From the IMG/VR virus record IMGVR_UViG_3300047388_000220, positions 4,975 through 68,974 of that record: a DNA stretch of 64,000 bases. One strand, given 5' to 3'. The position numbers and the translations under genes were made by a program. Positions 37,020 through 46,746 of the stretch are shown piece after piece. Every line of letters starts with the position of its first letter. Positions within the stretch are counted from its first letter, which is position 1. Under the pieces are notes generated by a model. That model did no database searches. It was not told the DNA's origin and saw nothing but the letters and a program-made list of their open reading frames with translations. The DNA comes from a virus.

Positions 37020-37216
37020 TGACAATCAAAGTCCCTGATCCCAATTGCCTACGCCACCGCAAACGGCTCACTGGAGTGGAGTGCAGTTGCCTCCGCATCT
37101 GCAATCTGTGTGGCGGCGAGTTCCGTGGCCGGGCGCATGATACGTGGGCCTGTGTTGACGTTCTTAGGCAAAAGTTTGGCCCGCCGCAAGGCTTGCGGGC
37201 ACGGAGGTTTAACTAA
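37019..37216 (+). CDS. Small Cys-rich protein (65 aa)
   Basis: Overlapping start; CSC...CNLC. Confidence 0.5.
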   Translation: MTIKVPDPNCLRHRKRLTGVECSCLRICNLCGGEFRGRAHDTWACVDVLRQKFGPPQGLRARRFN

Positions 37217-37509
37217 AATGAGCTACGACGAGGACCCTGCGTCCGATAGGTCGCCGAGCGGCACCGGCGTCGTTTACGCCATCATCCTCGAGTTAGCCAT
37301 CTATGTTGTTTTGTTTGCCCTGTACTTTGTTTTTCGAACGCACCACTAACCCGCAACCTTGAGAGGCTCTAATGTTTCTGTTCTTGTTCGTAGTTTTGTT
37401 CTCGACACCATCAACCCAAGCCACCGTCAAACCCGCTCCGGCGCCAGGGATCACCATCAAAATCTGCCCGCCATCGGATCCGAAGTGCACTGTCAGCTAA
37501 AAAACTAAA

Positions 37510-37537
37510 TTGACATCGTGAGTTCCCGTATTATAGT
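37510..37537 (+). promoter_or_regulatory. Sigma70 promoter for the replication operon
   Basis: TTGACA-N16-TATAGT followed by a ~125-nt hairpin-containing leader. Confidence 0.7.
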
Positions 37538-37666
37538 GTGGTTCGAATCTCTGAAGCCATCGGCGGCGAGGGGATTTAGCAAGGGCAAACGCTGGGTCGC
37601 TCCTGGCGCAGTGGAAGGGTTGGTCCCGAAGCCAACCCTCCCGCCTTTACTTCGGGAAGGGTGTGT

Positions 37667-38545
37667 ATGGCCCTGCGAGCAGTTCCGGACCATCCAAAAT
37701 TCGCCAATTTCAAAGCCACACTAGGCCTGCCGAAATGGTCTGCACTCGGGTGCCTTGAGGCGTTATGGCATTTTACCGGCCGATTCACCCCGCAAGGCAA
37801 CATCGGGAAGTACCCTGATCGGGCAATCGAGGCCTGGGTTGAGTGGGACGGAGTAGCAGGCAAACTCATCGCTGCTCTGATCGAAACCGGCTGGCTAGAT
37901 CGAGATGACACCCACCGACTACTAGTTCATGACTGGGCAGAGCATGCCGACAAAGCAACTAAAAATGCGTTAAGTCGTGCAAAATTAGATTTCTGTACAC
38001 CCTCTGTACGTACAGCGTACGTAGACAGTACAGATGAAAAGCTAGAATCGGGTAACATGTACCGCCTACCGGTACCAGAGCCAGTACCAGAGCCAGAGCC
38101 GGTACCAGAGCCAGAGCCGGTACCAGAGCCAGAGCCAGAGGCGCGGTCGCGCAAAAGCGCTCCCAAGATTACTCTCCCCGACTGGGTTCCTAAAGTTCCC
38201 TGGGAGGCCTTCGTCGAAATGCGAAAAGACAGCAAGCATCCCATGACGGCGAAAGCTATGAACCTGGCAATAGCCGACCTCGATTCTCTTCGTGGGCATG
38301 GGCAGGATCCAGGCGCAGTTCTAAACCAATCGACCATGCGTGGTTGGCGTGGTCTCTTCGAAGTGAAAGGAACCAGCAATGGACGAGCAAGTGCAAAATC
38401 CGTTCTCGATGGTGTTTACGAGCAGCATGCCAAAGACCGAGCAAATTCAAACCGCGGTAGCTCTTCTGCTGGAAATATTGGAGAAACCGGAGAGCCCGCG
38501 CCTGATGAAAACATGGCCAAGCCTGATGAGTCCTTTCAGTGGTGA
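37667..38545 (+). CDS. Phage replication initiator / replisome organiser
   Basis: N-terminal DHPKF...ALGCLEALW...ALIETGWLD...VHDWAEH; PE linker; C-terminal LPDWV...WEAFVEMRK...VLNQSTMRGWRGLF. Confidence 0.75.
   Translation: MALRAVPDHPKFANFKATLGLPKWSALGCLEALWHFTGRFTPQGNIGKYPDRAIEAWVEWDGVAGKLIAALIETGWLDRDDTHRLLVHDWAEHADKATKNALSRAKLDFCTPSVRTAYVDSTDEKLESGNMYRLPVPEPVPEPEPVPEPEPVPEPEPEARSRKSAPKITLPDWVPKVPWEAFVEMRKDSKHPMTAKAMNLAIADLDSLRGHGQDPGAVLNQSTMRGWRGLFEVKGTSNGRASAKSVLDGVYEQHAKDRANSNRGSSSAGNIGETGEPAPDENMAKPDESFQW
38069..38140 (+). repeat. Tandem hexamer repeats (CCAGAG / CCGGTA) encoding PVPEPE; possible origin iterons
   Basis: CCGGTACCAGAGCCAGAG-type units repeated; palindromic TACGTA cluster just upstream (~38004-38033). 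Confidence 0.7.
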
Positions 38546-39035
38546 GCAGCTCGCTATCGGCTTTCAGGCCGCGGCATTGTCGAGTGATGGATTCCCAAAG
38601 CCACGCGACATCGTGGGCGCAATCGCGGACCGCCAGTTCCCCGAGGATTACGCCTATGTGCTCTTGTGCTGCAAGCGGCATTACAAGCCGCCGAGCGAGT
38701 ACGACCGGAACGATACGGCCTGGTGGAAAGACGTGGGGCCCACGTACGGCGAGGAGAAGCGGCGCCCAGGGGCCACGCCGCAGGATCCGCGGGAGACCTG
38801 GTTCCTGCCGGCTGAGATTATCAAGCCCGGGATACCGGCGCCGGTGTTTGAGGGCCACCTGAAACGGGCGTTAGAGATTTTCGGGAATGGGACACTGCGC
38901 CAGGGGTGGGCAAAGTTGAAACTGCATCCCTGCGCGGGGAATTGGAATTACGAGCCGGCGGAGGAGATGCGGATCCGCGGGGGGATCGATCGAGAGTTTC
39001 GGGCGGCGTGGGATGCGGCGTGGGGGGTGCGGTGA
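38379..39035 (+). CDS. Hypothetical protein, possible helicase loader
   Basis: AAGGA RBS; directly follows the initiator; FPKPRDI motif as in loader-like proteins. Confidence 0.5.
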   Translation: MDEQVQNPFSMVFTSSMPKTEQIQTAVALLLEILEKPESPRLMKTWPSLMSPFSGEQLAIGFQAAALSSDGFPKPRDIVGAIADRQFPEDYAYVLLCCKRHYKPPSEYDRNDTAWWKDVGPTYGEEKRRPGATPQDPRETWFLPAEIIKPGIPAPVFEGHLKRALEIFGNGTLRQGWAKLKLHPCAGNWNYEPAEEMRIRGGIDREFRAAWDAAWGVR

Positions 39036-39946
39036 TGGGAAAGACGACTGAAATCGCCTGGACCGATCACACATTCAATCCCTGGATTGGCTGCACCAAG
39101 GTCAGCGAGGGCTGCAAGAATTGCTATGCCAAGACGCGAGATGACCGTCACATGCTTGAGCCAGTAAGTCACTGGGGGCCAGGGGCGCCGCGGCATGTAA
39201 CTAGCGCGAGTAACTGGAAAGAACCCGCGAAGTGGGCGAAGGCTGCACGGCACGCCGGCATCCGTGAGCGCGTCTTCTGCGCGAGTTTGGCCGACGTGTT
39301 CGACAAGGAAGCACCCGTCAGTGCGCGGCAGGATCTGTGGAAACTTATTGGCGATACCTACGATGCGCTTGACTGGCAGTTACTCACTAAGCGGCCGGAG
39401 AATATTCTGCCGGTGATGTGTGATGACCTATTGAATCTTGGATTCTTTGAACTGGCGCACTGCTGGTTGGGAACGTCGACGGAGAACCAGGCCGCGGCCG
39501 ACGAGCGCATTCCGCTGTTGTTGCAGACGCCGGCGGCGGTGCATTTCATCTCGGCGGAGCCATTGCTCGGGTCTGTGACGCTGCCCTATGGTTCGTTGAA
39601 TAGCGGACCTGGTTCATCGCTTCACCGCGACCAGCAAGGGTGGTGTGATGGTGGCCTTGAATGGGTGATCTGCGGCGGTGAGAGCGGACCAGGCGCGCGG
39701 CCCATGTATCCGGATTGGGCGCGATCGCTGCGGGATCAGTGCCAGGCCGCCGGCGTGCCGTTCTTCTTCAAGCAGTGGGGTGAGTATTGGCCCAACGAAC
39801 AAGGCAACTATGCGGGAGATGAGTCGCTACGCCAACTGGCCTACGACGAGCCCGGAGAAGACTTCTCCCGTGTAGGCAAGAAAGCCGCCGGCGCGTTGCT
39901 CGACGGCCGCGAGTGGAAGCAGTTTCCGGAGGTCCGCCATGGGTGA
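39035..39946 (+). CDS. Phage Gp37/Gp68 family protein (DUF5131, radical-SAM-like)
   Basis: TEIAWTDHTFNPWIGCTKVSEGCKNCYA; LLTKRPEN; WVICGGESGPGARP; FFFKQWG. Confidence 0.92.
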   Translation: MGKTTEIAWTDHTFNPWIGCTKVSEGCKNCYAKTRDDRHMLEPVSHWGPGAPRHVTSASNWKEPAKWAKAARHAGIRERVFCASLADVFDKEAPVSARQDLWKLIGDTYDALDWQLLTKRPENILPVMCDDLLNLGFFELAHCWLGTSTENQAAADERIPLLLQTPAAVHFISAEPLLGSVTLPYGSLNSGPGSSLHRDQQGWCDGGLEWVICGGESGPGARPMYPDWARSLRDQCQAAGVPFFFKQWGEYWPNEQGNYAGDESLRQLAYDEPGEDFSRVGKKAAGALLDGREWKQFPEVRHG

Positions 39947-40151
39947 CCTCGAATCGATTCGCGACCTCGCCAAGCGGTTAGTGGCAGAGTATCGAGCCAA
40001 GCAACCAAGAATTACCGAGGTTGATCCAGTTGCGGCGCGCCGGGCTGAGGTTCTCGATGAGTTATTCCGCGATTATGTGGCGCTGTCGTTCGATGCGCAA
40101 CTGACAGAGAAAGACCGCAAATGGCTGCGCTGTGGGAGGATTAAGCCATGA
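39939..40151 (+). CDS. Hypothetical protein (70 aa)
   Basis: GGAGGT RBS; overlaps neighbours. Confidence 0.6.
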   Translation: MGDLESIRDLAKRLVAEYRAKQPRITEVDPVAARRAEVLDELFRDYVALSFDAQLTEKDRKWLRCGRIKP

Positions 40152-40351
40152 CCGAGACACGTCGTTTACTGTGGGTCATTGAAGTCCAGTACAAGCGCCG
40201 CAAAGGGAAGCCGACCGAAGCAGTTGCGATCACGACAGGCGGAATGGTGCAGGCGCTTCTTCTCGCCAAGGAATGCGCCACGAGGCTGAAGGTGCCGCAA
40301 TCGTGGGTTAATGCTGTTTTCTACCGCCGTTGCGAAAAGGCCCAGCTATGA
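40148..40351 (+). CDS. Hypothetical protein (67 aa)
   Basis: GGAGG RBS; ATGA overlaps. Confidence 0.6.
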   Translation: MTETRRLLWVIEVQYKRRKGKPTEAVAITTGGMVQALLLAKECATRLKVPQSWVNAVFYRRCEKAQL

Positions 40352-40863
40352 TCGAGACACGCGCCACGATGCACTGCGAGCGTTGCGGGCTAGTGCAGTT
40401 CCTGCATCACGACGAGCTCTGCGCGCGCTGCCACGAAAGCTTTTGGAGCGTGTACGCTAAGCCTGTGCCAGTACCGCCGGTCATCGCGGCGGTCATCGCG
40501 GCGCCGTTGACCAACCTGACCAAGCGCGAGCGGCATCGGGTAATCGCCAGATGGCTGGCGCCGCGCCTACTCGGGTTCCGCAAGGGCCTGCACTTATCGC
40601 AGACCCGTCTTGCTGTGCGCATGGGCACAGTACGTACCTACCTCACGAAATGTGAGAGCGGCAAATGCGTCCCAGACATTGGCAGCCTGGAGCGATTCGC
40701 CAAGGCCTTCGGCGTAACCACCGCGCAATTGCTTGACCTGGACTTCGATCCTGACCCATTGATCCGCGAACTGGCGCCGCTGGCCGGCAGGCTGACGGCG
40801 AGGCAAAGGGAGCATGTCGTCGCCGCGGCTAGGGAGATTCACGAGCGGAGGTTGGCATCATGA
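40348..40863 (+). CDS. XRE-family HTH regulator with N-terminal zinc ribbon
   Basis: CERC...CARC; RKGLHLSQTRLAVRMGTVRTYLTKCESGKCVPDIGSLERFAKAFGV. Confidence 0.85.
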   Translation: MIETRATMHCERCGLVQFLHHDELCARCHESFWSVYAKPVPVPPVIAAVIAAPLTNLTKRERHRVIARWLAPRLLGFRKGLHLSQTRLAVRMGTVRTYLTKCESGKCVPDIGSLERFAKAFGVTTAQLLDLDFDPDPLIRELAPLAGRLTARQREHVVAAAREIHERRLAS

Positions 40864-40933
40864 AATTCGGCCAGAGGCGCGGATACTTTTAGGGTTGACA
40901 CGCAATACACGACTAGAATAAGATCGGAGCGCA

Positions 40934-41065
40934 ATGAAAAACATCTGTAAACAATGCAAAAGAAAAATCGAGCGTCGGACCACCTGGCAGAAGTACTGCT
41001 CCCCCAGGTGTCGGACCAGAGCGGCCCGGGGCAACATTGGCCCAGGTAAGGCGAGGGCGAAATGA
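40934..41065 (+). CDS. Small zinc-finger protein (43 aa, MKNICKQCKRKIERRTTWQKYCSPRCR...)
   Basis: Manual translation; GGAG RBS; ATGA-coupled to the HNH gene; TAGAAT -10 box at 40914-40919. Confidence 0.6.
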   Translation: MKNICKQCKRKIERRTTWQKYCSPRCRTRAARGNIGPGKARAK

Positions 41066-41553
41066 AACAGATTCCACTGACTAAAAACCAGTTCACTCGG
41101 GTCGATGATGGTGATTTCAACGATTTATCTGCTCGCCAGTGGTGCGCTACATGGACGTCTGGCGGATTCTACGCCATGAGAATGACGGAGGGGAGTCACG
41201 CAACGAGGCAGCGAATATTCATGCACCGTCATATTTTAGGGTTGCCAATAGTTTTCGATGGTCGCGTTGCTGACCACATCAACGGGGATACTCTCGACAA
41301 TCAAAGAGGAAATCTCAGAATCGCGACAGCACGAGAGAATCTACTCAATCAGCGCGCGAGAATGGGAACTATCACAGGCATTAAAGGCGTCGGCTATGAC
41401 CGGCAACGTGATCGGCTGGAAGTAAAAATCACGCTACCGAACGGAAAACATCTGCGCATCGCTAGATTCCTGCCTTCCCAACTAGAAGAGGCGAAACAGT
41501 GCTACCGAGATGCCGCGATGCGGTATTACGGCGAATTTGCGAGGTTCGAATAA
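41062..41553 (+). CDS. HNH endonuclease with AP2-like C-terminus
   Basis: IPLTKN...MHRHIL...DHINGDTLDNQRGNLR; TGIKGV...YYGEFA. Confidence 0.9.
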   Translation: MKQIPLTKNQFTRVDDGDFNDLSARQWCATWTSGGFYAMRMTEGSHATRQRIFMHRHILGLPIVFDGRVADHINGDTLDNQRGNLRIATARENLLNQRARMGTITGIKGVGYDRQRDRLEVKITLPNGKHLRIARFLPSQLEEAKQCYRDAAMRYYGEFARFE

Positions 41554-42563
41554 TGGCTATCTCGGAGGAACAGGAATCGTGGGCTGTGAGCAGGGTGGGT
41601 GGCCTGGGTGGCACGGACGTTTGCGCGATCCTCGGTCTCTCAAAATGGCGCACACCAATCGAGGTTTGGCAGGCGAAAGTTGATCCTCAGTCAGTGCCCG
41701 CCATTGACAGCGAGATACTCTGGTTCGGTCGCGCACTAGAGCCTGTGATTCGCGCCCGCTATGCGATGCGCTTTAACTGCCAGGTCGTTGACCCATGTGA
41801 CATCGGCACATTCTTCCCCAATTCAACACGGTGGGAAGATCAGACGCTCGTGAAGGGGCGCGAACCCTGGATGCTGGGCGCGGCGGACGGGTGGATACCT
41901 TCGGTGAGGAATGGCCTTGAGGTCAAGAATGTCGGATTCAAAAATGAAGAGTGGGGAGATGAAGGAACTGACGCCATTCCCGCGCAATACATCTGCCAGG
42001 TTAGCTGGTACAACCAGGTCTATGACTCGCGGGGCTGGAATATTGCGCCACTGTTCTCTGGCCACAAGCTCTCGCAGTACCATGTCCAGCGCGACGGGCA
42101 GTTGGAGCAGGATATGTACCAAGCGGCGCGGGCGTTCTGGTTTGATTACGTTCTCCCAAGGGTTGAGCCACCAATCGACCAAACAGAGTCTTATGGGCGT
42201 TATCTCGCCAAAAAATTCAGCCTCAACACCGGCCAGGTGATCACAAACCCATCGCCTGAATTGCTGGAGTGGGCGGCGAAGATGAAACTGGCGAGCGATG
42301 CAGAGAAAGAGGCGGCCGAGCGCAAGCAGGAGGCTAACAATCACCTAAGAGCGCTGGTCGGCAATGCGCAGAAGGCGCAGACGCCGCTCGGGACAATTGG
42401 GTGGGTGAGGCCCGAGAAGAAATCTGTCACAGACTGGGAGAAAGCCTTCCGACTATTGTCTGAACGATCTCACGCTCCGGAAGTTTTGCGCGGCATGACC
42501 ATAGACGATGCTTCAGAGCCGCACCAGAACGAGGCCTATTTGCGCGCGTGGTGGAAGAAATGA
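41553..42563 (+). CDS. YqaJ-like (lambda-exonuclease family) recombination nuclease
   Basis: RVGGLGGTDVCAILGLSKWRTPIEVWQAK; GRALEPVI; ADG...LEVKN; YICQVSWY. Confidence 0.9.
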   Translation: MAISEEQESWAVSRVGGLGGTDVCAILGLSKWRTPIEVWQAKVDPQSVPAIDSEILWFGRALEPVIRARYAMRFNCQVVDPCDIGTFFPNSTRWEDQTLVKGREPWMLGAADGWIPSVRNGLEVKNVGFKNEEWGDEGTDAIPAQYICQVSWYNQVYDSRGWNIAPLFSGHKLSQYHVQRDGQLEQDMYQAARAFWFDYVLPRVEPPIDQTESYGRYLAKKFSLNTGQVITNPSPELLEWAAKMKLASDAEKEAAERKQEANNHLRALVGNAQKAQTPLGTIGWVRPEKKSVTDWEKAFRLLSERSHAPEVLRGMTIDDASEPHQNEAYLRAWWKK

Positions 42564-42898
42564 AAGCTCCCTGCAAGTACTGCCTGAAGCGCATCGACAC
42601 GCGGGGGATGCTGGCACACATTCATTTTCGCCATCGCTGCTATGTCGCGCGCGAATTCAGCCTCCAGCCAATCGTGCTTTGGTTTCAGTTGGCGGAGGAT
42701 GGCCTTGAACCACGATTCACGCAGTTACAATTGCCAGCGCCGTCCCCGCTAACCGTCTACTCGCGGCGCCCGCTCGGCTTCATGGCTGCGCCAATACCGG
42801 AGCATCGTAGGCCGAAGGGTTATCAACTGCCTTACGGTTACGCGCGTCCGGCTGATCTACTGCGCACTCAGGTGCGCTACGGCTACATTTTCACGTAA
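42560..42898 (+). CDS. Hypothetical protein with C2H2 zinc finger
   Basis: CKYC...HIHFRH; ATGA overlap. Confidence 0.55.
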   Translation: MKAPCKYCLKRIDTRGMLAHIHFRHRCYVAREFSLQPIVLWFQLAEDGLEPRFTQLQLPAPSPLTVYSRRPLGFMAAPIPEHRRPKGYQLPYGYARPADLLRTQVRYGYIFT

Positions 42899-42918
42899 TC
42901 CAGGAAAGGGAAAGCATC

Positions 42919-43833
42919 ATGGCAGACCAGCAACTAGCAGTTAGCCCGCAGCGCCAGGGCATCATCGCCAAGTTTGGCGAGCAGTACGACATGGAACCAG
43001 GCAAGGTGATGAACATCGTCGCCAACACTGTATTCAAGGGCAGCGACAAGGAGCCCCCGCTCGTGCCCGAGGAAATTGCAGCGGCGCTGATTGTCTGCAA
43101 TGCCTATAACCTCAACCCATTCACGAAAGAGATTTACGCCTTCCGGTCGAAAGGTAAACTGCTGATCGTCGTTGGCATCGACGGCTGGGCGACCATCGTC
43201 AACCGGCAGCCGCAGTTCAATGGCATCGAGTTCGAAGAGCACTTCGACGATCGAGGGAACATCAGGGCTGTGACCTGCAGGATGCACCGCAAGGACCGCG
43301 CGCTGCCCACGGTCGTCACCGAGTACACGCATGAGTGCCGGCGCGACACGATTCCCTGGAACACGATGCCGATCCGCATGACACGCAACCGGGCATTCGT
43401 GCAGTGCGCCCGTATAGCGTTCTCGGTAAGCGGCATCATCGACAACGATGAGGCGCAAACGATTGAGGGCAGTCCGGAGTTTGTTACCGGCGAGACGAAG
43501 GCCATCATCGACCAGTCATCGAGCAAGATGGATGCGGTCAAGGCGGTGATCAAGAAGCGGGCGCAGGCTGGGAATGGGAAAGAGCAGGCGCAGCAGTCGG
43601 CGGAGCTGGCAGACCTCATGCAGACCGAAACCGTTGACCCCAAGAAAAGCGAATGTCCTGAGTGTAAGGCATCCTTCGGCATTCATCTTGTTACATGCTC
43701 ACAGTTCTCCTGCAAAGAGTGCGGGGCCCGTGGGCCGGCGGAAGATCATCGCGGCGGGTGTCCTACCTTGAAAAAAGAAGCCGCCGCGCAGCCGCAGGGT
43801 GAGGCGCAACCGCAGACAGCGGAGCTTTGGTAA
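42919..43833 (+). CDS. bet: Bet/RecT-family single-strand annealing protein
   Basis: YNLNPFTKEIYAF; VVGIDGW; PWNTMPIRMTRNRAFVQCARIAF. Confidence 0.9.
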   Translation: MADQQLAVSPQRQGIIAKFGEQYDMEPGKVMNIVANTVFKGSDKEPPLVPEEIAAALIVCNAYNLNPFTKEIYAFRSKGKLLIVVGIDGWATIVNRQPQFNGIEFEEHFDDRGNIRAVTCRMHRKDRALPTVVTEYTHECRRDTIPWNTMPIRMTRNRAFVQCARIAFSVSGIIDNDEAQTIEGSPEFVTGETKAIIDQSSSKMDAVKAVIKKRAQAGNGKEQAQQSAELADLMQTETVDPKKSECPECKASFGIHLVTCSQFSCKECGARGPAEDHRGGCPTLKKEAAAQPQGEAQPQTAELW

Positions 43834-43844
43834 AGGAATTCTCG

Positions 43845-44072
43845 ATGCAGTTCAGCGACTACGATCTCTGGAAGACTACAGAGCCAGAATATTACGACAC
43901 CAGCGAAGAGTGCCCAGACTGCGGCAAACCTCCCGACCGCTGCCGGTGCGAGGAGAACGCGGATATTGCTGAGAGCGTCTCGCGGTCGAATGAGCGGCGC
44001 CCTGATCTAGCAGACCGGCAATTCGACCCAGAGCCATTCCAACCGGCAGAGGATGAGAAATATCCATTCTGA
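43845..44072 (+). CDS. Hypothetical protein (75 aa)
   Basis: AAGGA RBS; YDLWKTT motif, CPDC. Confidence 0.6.
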   Translation: MQFSDYDLWKTTEPEYYDTSEECPDCGKPPDRCRCEENADIAESVSRSNERRPDLADRQFDPEPFQPAEDEKYPF

Positions 44073-44082
44073 AAGGTAAGTC

Positions 44083-45978
44083 ATGTTCATCAAGTCTTTA
44101 CATCTCCACAACTGGCTGTCCCATCAAGACACGACGCTTGAGTTAGATAAGTTAGTTAGCGTCCGCGGCGCCAACGGCGGAGGCAAGTCTAGCGTCGAGC
44201 AGGCCATCCAGTATCTGCTCACCGGCCGCTGCGAAGGCACCAACGACAAGGGCGCAGGCTCCCGCGATCTGATCCGCCGCGGCGCGGACAAGTCGGCCAT
44301 CACCGCCGAGATCCTCAACGGCTCGGCCGATGCGATCAAGATGCGGGCGAGCCTGACGGAGAAATCCGGCCGCACGGTCCAGGTCAAGAAAGAGGCGGAC
44401 CCAAGCTGGACCGGCTCGGACTGGCTAGGGATGCTGGCCCTGCAGCGCGAGACGCTCGACTGTCTTTCGAATTCCCGCTACTTCGTCGGCATGGACGATG
44501 CCCGGCAAAAGGCATTGCTGGCCGCCATTATCCTGCCAGCGCAGGTCAAGTTCGATCCCTGGGTCGAGTCTGCCGTCAACCAATGTGGGCTGGCTGTCGA
44601 CTGGAGCATGAAAGCGTGGGATCTGATCGCGCTCGCCTACGACAAAGCCTACAAAGAGCGCACTCTGATCAACCGGATCATCAAGGAATGGAAAGAGCCT
44701 GAGCCGGTTACAGCGCAAACCATGGACCTCAAAGAGATTCAGGCGCGCATAGGCCAGCGCCAGAACGAGCGGACGCAGCTCGCCGTGGACCGTCAGAGAA
44801 TCCTGGACAAGTGGGAGCGGGCCAATACTGGCGCCGCCAAGCTGGGCGAGAAGATCAAGGCGCTCGAGGATAAGCTCGTCACGGAGCAGACCCGGCGCGC
44901 CGCGGTCGCCAAGGATCAACTATCGAAGACAGCGCTCAAGGAGGCGGAGCGCTTGGCAGCCGGCGCCGAGAAGGCAAAGAAGATCGACGCGGACATTGCC
45001 AGAATCCAAGCCGACGTAGCGGCCTATCGGAAACAAATGTCTAGAGTGAACGCGCTCTGCGATGCCGGTTTATGCCCAACCTGCACCCAACCTATCTCCG
45101 ACGATTTCATACAGACGATTACCACCCCCATCATTGAGCAGATTTCTGTCCTAGATAACCAAGAGCGCGACCTGCAGGCCGCCCGCAAGGACCTGGGCGA
45201 CTACGCCGGCGCGCAGCGGTGCCTGGAGGCCCACGCGCAGGCCGAGAAGAACCTCGTCCTGGTCGACAGCCACATCGCAGACGTCGAGAAGGAGATCAAG
45301 GAACTGACCAACGAGAGGGCGCAGGCGGTCGAGAACAGCCAGGCGAAGCCTGCCACGTCCGATCTCGACGCCAAGATCGCCGACCTCGACGCGCGCCTAC
45401 AGAAAGGCAATGCCGCTTTGACCGCAGCCATTCAGGCGGAGACGAACAGGCGGCACTACGATGAGGCTATCGAGGCCAAAAAGAAACTCGACGCCAAGCA
45501 GGGGCTTCTGGAGCGGCTGCTGGACCACTTTGGGCCGAAGGGGATTCAGGCGAAGTTGCTCGACGAGCACGTTGGCGGATTCCAAGCGTCCATGAATGCC
45601 ATACTCTCGGTCTGGGGATACGAGGCGCATCTCCAGTTCGAGCCGTATGAGTTTGGTATTTCGTTCGCCGGCAAACCGGAAGTGTACACGTTGCGCACCA
45701 TTTCGAAGTCGCAGAAACATTCCTTCGCGATCGCGTTCCAGGTAGCCCTGGCGAGGGTGACGGGTATCAACTTCGTGGTTGTCGACGAGGCCGATATGTT
45801 GCTCGACGCCAACCGCGGGATGCTCTACAAGGCGCTGATCGGGGCCGGGCTGGATCAGTGCATCGTGCTCCAGTCTGATCTCCGGCGCGAAGTGCCCAAG
45901 GTGCCCAACGCGGCGTTCTACATGCTGTCGCTCGATAAGTCCGGCGACGTGCCAACGACGATGGCGGAGAGGCTATAA
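44083..45978 (+). CDS. SbcC/Rad50-like SMC ATPase
   Basis: Walker A GANGGGKS; long coiled coil with CPTC zinc hook; degenerate signature ISKSQK; Walker B VVVDEAD. Confidence 0.88.
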   Translation: MFIKSLHLHNWLSHQDTTLELDKLVSVRGANGGGKSSVEQAIQYLLTGRCEGTNDKGAGSRDLIRRGADKSAITAEILNGSADAIKMRASLTEKSGRTVQVKKEADPSWTGSDWLGMLALQRETLDCLSNSRYFVGMDDARQKALLAAIILPAQVKFDPWVESAVNQCGLAVDWSMKAWDLIALAYDKAYKERTLINRIIKEWKEPEPVTAQTMDLKEIQARIGQRQNERTQLAVDRQRILDKWERANTGAAKLGEKIKALEDKLVTEQTRRAAVAKDQLSKTALKEAERLAAGAEKAKKIDADIARIQADVAAYRKQMSRVNALCDAGLCPTCTQPISDDFIQTITTPIIEQISVLDNQERDLQAARKDLGDYAGAQRCLEAHAQAEKNLVLVDSHIADVEKEIKELTNERAQAVENSQAKPATSDLDAKIADLDARLQKGNAALTAAIQAETNRRHYDEAIEAKKKLDAKQGLLERLLDHFGPKGIQAKLLDEHVGGFQASMNAILSVWGYEAHLQFEPYEFGISFAGKPEVYTLRTISKSQKHSFAIAFQVALARVTGINFVVVDEADMLLDANRGMLYKALIGAGLDQCIVLQSDLRREVPKVPNAAFYMLSLDKSGDVPTTMAERL

Positions 45979-46113
45979 ATGGCGAAGCCTATTCTTTGCT
46001 TGGATTTTGATGGCGTGTGCCACCAGTACGACCGCTGCCTATTGTTCACCGGCGTGTGGCCATCGATTGAATTGCTGAAGAGTTTCAAGCCATGGAACAA
46101 GAAAGAGGTTTGA
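45979..46113 (+). pseudogene. Internally deleted HAD-family phosphatase remnant (44 aa)
   Basis: MAKPILCLDFDGVCHQY fused in frame to DRCLLFTGVWPSIELLKSFKPWNK, i.e. only the two ends of a phage HAD protein. Confidence 0.65.
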
Positions 46114-46116
46114 GCG

Positions 46117-46746
46117 ATGGCAGACCGCAAATTCAACCTTAGCAATTATCCCCTCTGCTGGCCGGACGGATGGGCGCGCACGTCAAGTTACCAGCGGAAG
46201 CGTGCCCATTTCAAGCGCTATGGGGAGCGCATCACAGTGTCGGCCGCCATGAACCGTGTCCTTGAACAACTGTCGATGATGTTCGTGAAGCGGGATGATA
46301 TTCTTATCTCAACCAATATCCCAACACGGCTCGACGGTCTGCCGCGTTCTGACCAGCGCGAACCTGGAGATCCCGGCGTAGCAGTCTACTGGCGCACCAC
46401 GCAGACCGCCCCGATGAAGTGCATTGCCATCGACATCTATACCAAGGTCGCTGACAACCTGGCCGCACTTGCAGCCACACTCGAAGCGATGCGGGCGATC
46501 GAGCGCCACGGCGGCGCCCAGGTGCAAGAGCGTAGCTTCCGGGGGTTCACTGCGCTGACTGATGGAACACAGAAATCCTGGCGCGAGGTTCTCGGCATTA
46601 TTGAGACGACGGTAACGCGAGCCCTCGTCGAGCAGGTATTTCGCAACCGCGCCCGGTCTGCGCACCCGGATATGGGTGGGAGCGATGCAGCCATGGCTGA
46701 ATTGAATCGCGCCCGCGAACAGGCGCTGGCTGAGGTTGCTCAATGA
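46117..46746 (+). CDS. Phage J-domain (DnaJ-like) protein
   Basis: YPLCWPDGWART N-terminus; C-terminal J domain WREVLGI...AHPDMGGSDAAMAELNRARE. Confidence 0.88.
   Translation: MADRKFNLSNYPLCWPDGWARTSSYQRKRAHFKRYGERITVSAAMNRVLEQLSMMFVKRDDILISTNIPTRLDGLPRSDQREPGDPGVAVYWRTTQTAPMKCIAIDIYTKVADNLAALAATLEAMRAIERHGGAQVQERSFRGFTALTDGTQKSWREVLGIIETTVTRALVEQVFRNRARSAHPDMGGSDAAMAELNRAREQALAEVAQ

Noticed and set aside
37538-37560. GGTTCGAATC resembling a tRNA T-loop
   Set aside because: No acceptor, D or anticodon arms can be built; it lies just after a -10 box in the replication leader
38069-38140. Short tandem repeats as a possible CRISPR array
   Set aside because: Hexamer units without unique spacers, in frame within the initiator gene; no cas genes
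38379-38545. 167-nt overlap of the initiator C-terminus with the next gene as another nested system
   Set aside because: Such overlaps are common at phage initiator/loader junctions
40895-40919. TTGACA...TAGAAT as a canonical promoter
   Set aside because: The spacer is only 13 nt; only the -10 box was kept as weak evidence
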